Positions 59,192 through 64,000 of a stretch of 64,000 bases of DNA are shown piece after piece. The notes below the pieces were generated by a model. The model was not told where the DNA came from, did no database searches, and worked only from the letters and a program-made list of their open reading frames with translations. The stretch lies in NCBI RefSeq assembly GCF_964355755.1, contig NC_092673.1, forward strand, positions 9,548,001 through 9,612,000, written 5' to 3'. The translations under genes were made by a program, and so were the position numbers. Position 1 is the first letter of the stretch. Every line of letters starts with the position of its first letter. Source of the stretch: Antedon mediterranea. Taxonomy: Eukaryota > Animalia > Echinodermata.

Positions 59192-62100
59192 GTAAGATGT
59201 TTCATAAAATGTTTGAATAAAGTTATACAACATGATTTGAATAGGATTTTCTTTGAATGTGTCTAATTTGTTAGCCTCCCACAGACCAATAGCTTTGGAG
59301 GTATTGGTTTTATGACAATACCTTACAATTTCAGCTTAAAGGGGAACTTTACCCATTTTTAAATATTCCAAGAAAGTAATTTTAATAAAAAATCATTACG
59401 GGTACATTTGAACGATTTCCGTATATACGCCCATATTCGATTTACAGCCGTCGCTGTTATTTGTTGTGACTGATGTCACAGGTGCATACAATATTTGTTT
59501 TAACGAGAGATGATTTAGCATGCAAAATTTTTATACCATGCAGTTTTTGTTATTTTTTTTCATTTTAGGTGTTTTTTTAGAATTAAACCACAAAATGGTA
59601 AGAAGCGTGAAAAGAGATACAGAAAGAGTTGCCACCCAAAAGTCAAAAAGTTTTGTGAGAAAGTGTTTGAAGCTGAGTGGTTGTAAATCACTGGAGTTTG
59701 TTATACTGCCAACAAAACTTGTACAATTGTATTGTGTGTTTTCTAAATTAACATGCCAAAATGTTATGTTTTTTTTATTTTCTAAGCGATTCAATGCTAC
59801 TATAGGAGGCTAATTGAACTATTTATGCTATTTTATTAATCATTTTATCAAATTTAGGTGCGATTCAATGTTACTATAGGAGGCCTGGTAGGCCTAGGGA
59901 AACACCTTTACTGTTTATATTATCGATTATTTCTGTTGCTTGCTCTATTTATAATTATAATGGTGTCTACTACGACCGACCGATATATAAGTAGGCTACG
60001 AAAGTTGTTATTTGATCATTTTTTTCCAAAATTAACAAGATGCGGTTGTCATGATATATTGTGATACAAATGTTAAAGCCTCGCTCACTGTCAACCACTT
60101 TGATAAACTATGCTTTTGGTCTCTTGGTACGGTCATGTTAGAGACTGTTTCAGTGATTTATGACCCCTATTAACAGTTTCCTCCTGTATGTAACGTTGAG
60201 ATAATATATATAATAATATAATATGTATATTATAATATGTATACTGTTCTTTACAATTATTATTTGCATTAATACAAATTGTTGTAAAGTTTTTACATCA
60301 TTACAGGAAAATTAATAATTAATGTACATTTTGTTTACAAATAAATAAATCTATTGAGTAACTTTTCCCCTTTACGTTCCTATAACGACCGATTGCTGTC
60401 AAGTTCAGTTTCCAGAGGCGTTGGTCATGTTTTCGAGGACCATTCGGGTACACCCACTAGAGGGTGCGCGAGCAACCAACATAATTGGGAGAAAATAAAG
60501 CAAGGATGTGCGCATAACGCAAAAAAGTTGGACAATTTTGAAACACCCAAAAGGTCCTGTAAACATGCCCTGATTTGTGTTAATATAATAACACTAGCAG
60601 TAACCTGTGCTCCGCACAGGGTTTTCTGCCTTAAGATGTGGTTATATACTTTGCATTTATAATAAAAGCGCATTCGAAGTACTTTGACAAATTATCAAGT
60701 AAAAACAAATTGTATCAAGAATAAAATTCGGAACTGTTTTATGGCCATTGATTTTGTTATATACTACCCTTCACTGTATTATATCTGTAAGTTAAAAAAT
60801 GAAAGCAATACTGGATATGAAACTTTAGACTTTACTTTTTACTGTTCAGACGAAAATAAGACGCTAAACAAAAATTGTGCTGTGTAAATTAGTTAGATGA
60901 TGCGCGCAAACACTAACAAAATTATAAAATAACAAACTATATTATTTTGGACATAAATTGAATGAAAAACACATTTCTGCGGAAACACGAATTGTTAAGT
61001 TGTTTTCATGTTCAACAATGTATCAAACCATTTGGAATCGTTTTGTTTATGTGTTTTTTTTTCATTTAAATTTTTTTTTTATTTCAATGGTATTAATATT
61101 TTGCAATTTTGTTTGTTTGGGAGATTTGTTACCTATTTGCTACTTTTGTAATAACCCGTGATCCTTGTCTGCCTTAATAATGATTCGAATGGGATGATTA
61201 AGTATTATAAAAGCGTAATACTGGATATTGGACTTTGTGCTGTGTGAATATTTCTAGGGTGCGCGTCAGAAAGTGACGTCTGTTAATCAGATTTATTTTT
61301 TTTTTTTTTTTATTTCCAAACCCAACCAACAGCAAAATAAATTCGCCAATAACAGGAGGGTAGATTAAAAAAGATTAAAACATTTTAATAAAAAACATAA
61401 ATATGAATTTAGTTATAGAATTAAGATGTGAGTATTGGAATAATAAAACGAACAAAAAGTGCACTCACTACTCAAAATTAGATGATGCGCTCGGACACAA
61501 ACTTTTATATCTGATATTTTGTGGAAACACGACTTTGGAATCATTTTATTTGTGTGTGTGCTTTTATTGTTTTTTTTTCATTTAAATTTTTAAAAATTTG
61601 AATGGTTTTTTATATTTTGCAATGTTTTTTGCTACTTTTGTAATTACATTGTAGTTTAGATTTTTTGCTTTAAGTGGAGATATCTATTATTTACACATCC
61701 TATCGTGGATTTGAACTCGATTCGAATGGCCACGACAAAATACATTCTGTTCCAAAGGATAGGTGTAATTAATTCAAACTTCAACAACACGATCAGTCGA
61801 TACGGTTGGGTGGCTGCCTATACTAAACACCGTTTTAATTTGCCGGCTCGGCATGGTGTTTGTAGATCAGGCCATTGTGGTACACGGAGAAGGTTGTGTG
61901 GTCAAAATTACTGCAATTTTTTACCCTTTTTTAGTATTTATCCTTAAAATTCAGGAAAGTGACATAGCCTATCATGTGCGGCCCATCAATAAACATCAGT
62001 GTGCCAAATGCAGTGGTTTTGGAGGAGATATGTAAAATACGTGAAAAATTTAGTAGCATTAATATATGGATTGACCTGAACGTTGGTGAATTTCTATTTT

Positions 62101-63119
62101 TTTGTATTTCACGACATGGATATCACAACGAAAATCAACTTTGGATCAATGAATTGATGAAGGGGTTGTCTTAAGGGGGGTAGTTGTCCAGGGGTGATAT
62201 TACACCTGAAAATATCTATAAAATGCTTTATTGTATTCTGTATTGTAGAGTATAGCCATCTCACCACAAAAATATACTTTATATTTAATTTTTTTAATGA
62301 GAAATATAACGTACCATAAAAATAAATGATTAAAAACAAAATATTTTATTAGATGTTTAATACTAATTAAACTGATGGATTGTGGTAATGAATTGCTTAT
62401 ACTGTTAAAAATATAAAGAAAGTAGAATCCAAAATGTGAATGCTTCCCTCTATACATGTTTTTTTTATTCGCTATCTAGTTTCTTTTGATTTGAACATGT
62501 TCTTGGTTGTGCAACAGAAAAAACTTAATCCAACAGCATTATCATGACATCATATCAAAGTCATCCATCTGAAAAATAAAAAGAAATACATGTCATTGAT
62601 GAAAAAACAAATTTTTATATTTATCCTTTAATAAAATAGTTAGTTATTACTTGTATGGACACTTAACCAAAAGTGTGTGCCATTGATTCTAAAATTAATG
62701 CCAATAAAACACTTAATAAATACAGAACAGAAACTGAAATACTTTCTGTTTTGATCTCTCTGTTTTGATCTCTCTGTTTCTTTATTTTGTTCTATTTGGT
62801 AGAATTCAAACAATTAGAAAAAAAGTAATACTACAAGTAATCATTCCATTAAGAATAGCCAGTTAATTACCAATATAAACAGCCTTGGGTTACAATCATT
62901 TAATTGCATGTGCCAGATTAATTTTTTTAGTACAATGCTTGTTTTATTTATTTATTTAATTAATATTCAGTATATCACTGGGCAGTTTAAAGTTTCTTCT
63001 AATGCCTGTAAATGTATATATGATGATATATTAAAGTCACATTGATTGAATTGGACAAACCATATTATACAAACCAAGCTGTGACATAAGGACATAAGAG
63101 GCCTTAATTAAAAGGTGAC

Positions 63120-63540
63120 CTGCATATGTCGAGGAAAAGTTAAGGATGTAATACAACAACAATCGATAATGATTTGGAAGAAGGGCTTGCCAACTATGAA
63201 GGAATGATAAATGAGGTAAGAGTTAAAGCTCCAACAACAAAGATTGTGCTTTCTACATTGTGCCCAAGAACTGACAGTGAAACCACTTATTTAGAGACAC
63301 AAAGCTTACCAGTACAAGAAAAGAACACACCTAAAAGAAAACGAAATAGACAAGGTGGTAAGAACAAATTTCAAAATAATATACAAAAGGATAAAGTTAA
63401 ATTAGCTTTCAACAATGTTAATCACTTAACAAAAGCTAAAATAAAGGAAATAGATGAAATAAAAGCTGCAATCTTAGAGAGAAGAAAAGCTGCAAGAAAA
63501 CATAGATACAGAACAAAGACAACATACTCTAGTAGCTAGA
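63120..63540 (+). pseudogene. Heavily deleted LINE remnant (SGNH-like ORF1 end fused to an APE-like start)
   Basis: KAPTTKIVLSTLCPRTD (SGNH-like) followed by a basic stretch and KVKLAFNNVNHL. Confidence 0.4.
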
Positions 63541-64000
63541 TCAACTTTCGTATGCACTTTGAGGTCCAGAGAATTTGACTTCAGAAATTGGTTTAGGGTG
63601 GTCAAACAATCATTTTTGGCTTGGTTACACATTTTGAAAATGTGGCGAAAGGTCAAAAGGTCAGGGTGAAAGGTCATAAGACCAAACACCAATATGTCCT
63701 TAAATCTCAACAACTACTTGTCACAGCGAAGTAATTTTGGTCTCAAATTGATCAGAAGGTATACATTTATATTCAGTCTAATGGGACATTTTAGTCAAAA
63801 ATGACCGGAAATGCCATTTCTGACCTTTGACCCACACCTCAGGGTATGTATGTATCTCCGTAACTACTGATTGTAGACACTTAAATTTGGTCTTAAATTG
63901 TTTGAAATAAATATTTATTATTTGTAGCACATTTTTAAAAATGTTACAAAAGGTCAAAGGGTCAAGGTCAGAGGTTATATGAACAAATAAAAATAGATAC

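Overview
AT-rich animal genomic DNA; the repeat types suggest a marine invertebrate, possibly an echinoderm (inference). One host gene is recognisable: GTF3C5 (TFIIIC63/Tau95) on the minus strand. It has five coding exons (40468-40343, 23160-22941, 5824-5445, 3321-3114, 1006-882), all GT-AG and phase-compatible, and continues beyond the left edge. Its first two introns are about 17 kb each and consist mostly of nested transposable elements. These include CR1/L2 LINEs, a solo LTR, a 5S+tRNA+Deu-domain SINE, Tc2/pogo-like, Harbinger-like and P-like TIR elements, a Sola2 remnant, and a Penelope remnant with a minimal hammerhead ribozyme. There is also a MULE remnant holding further nested layers, including Helentron-like (HINE) elements, and two copies of an unclassified TIR element with a 6-bp TSD that carries a 75-bp satellite and sits at nearly the same target sequence both times. 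Upstream of the gene are a truncated RTE and a Gmr1-like Ty3/gypsy provirus (PR-INT-RT-RH order, tRNA-Pro PBS, 5-bp TSD, internally deleted 5' LTR). That provirus is interrupted by a full-length BovB-like RTE and is itself inserted in a decayed SAMD3-like gene. All family assignments come from motif recognition by eye, with no database searches.
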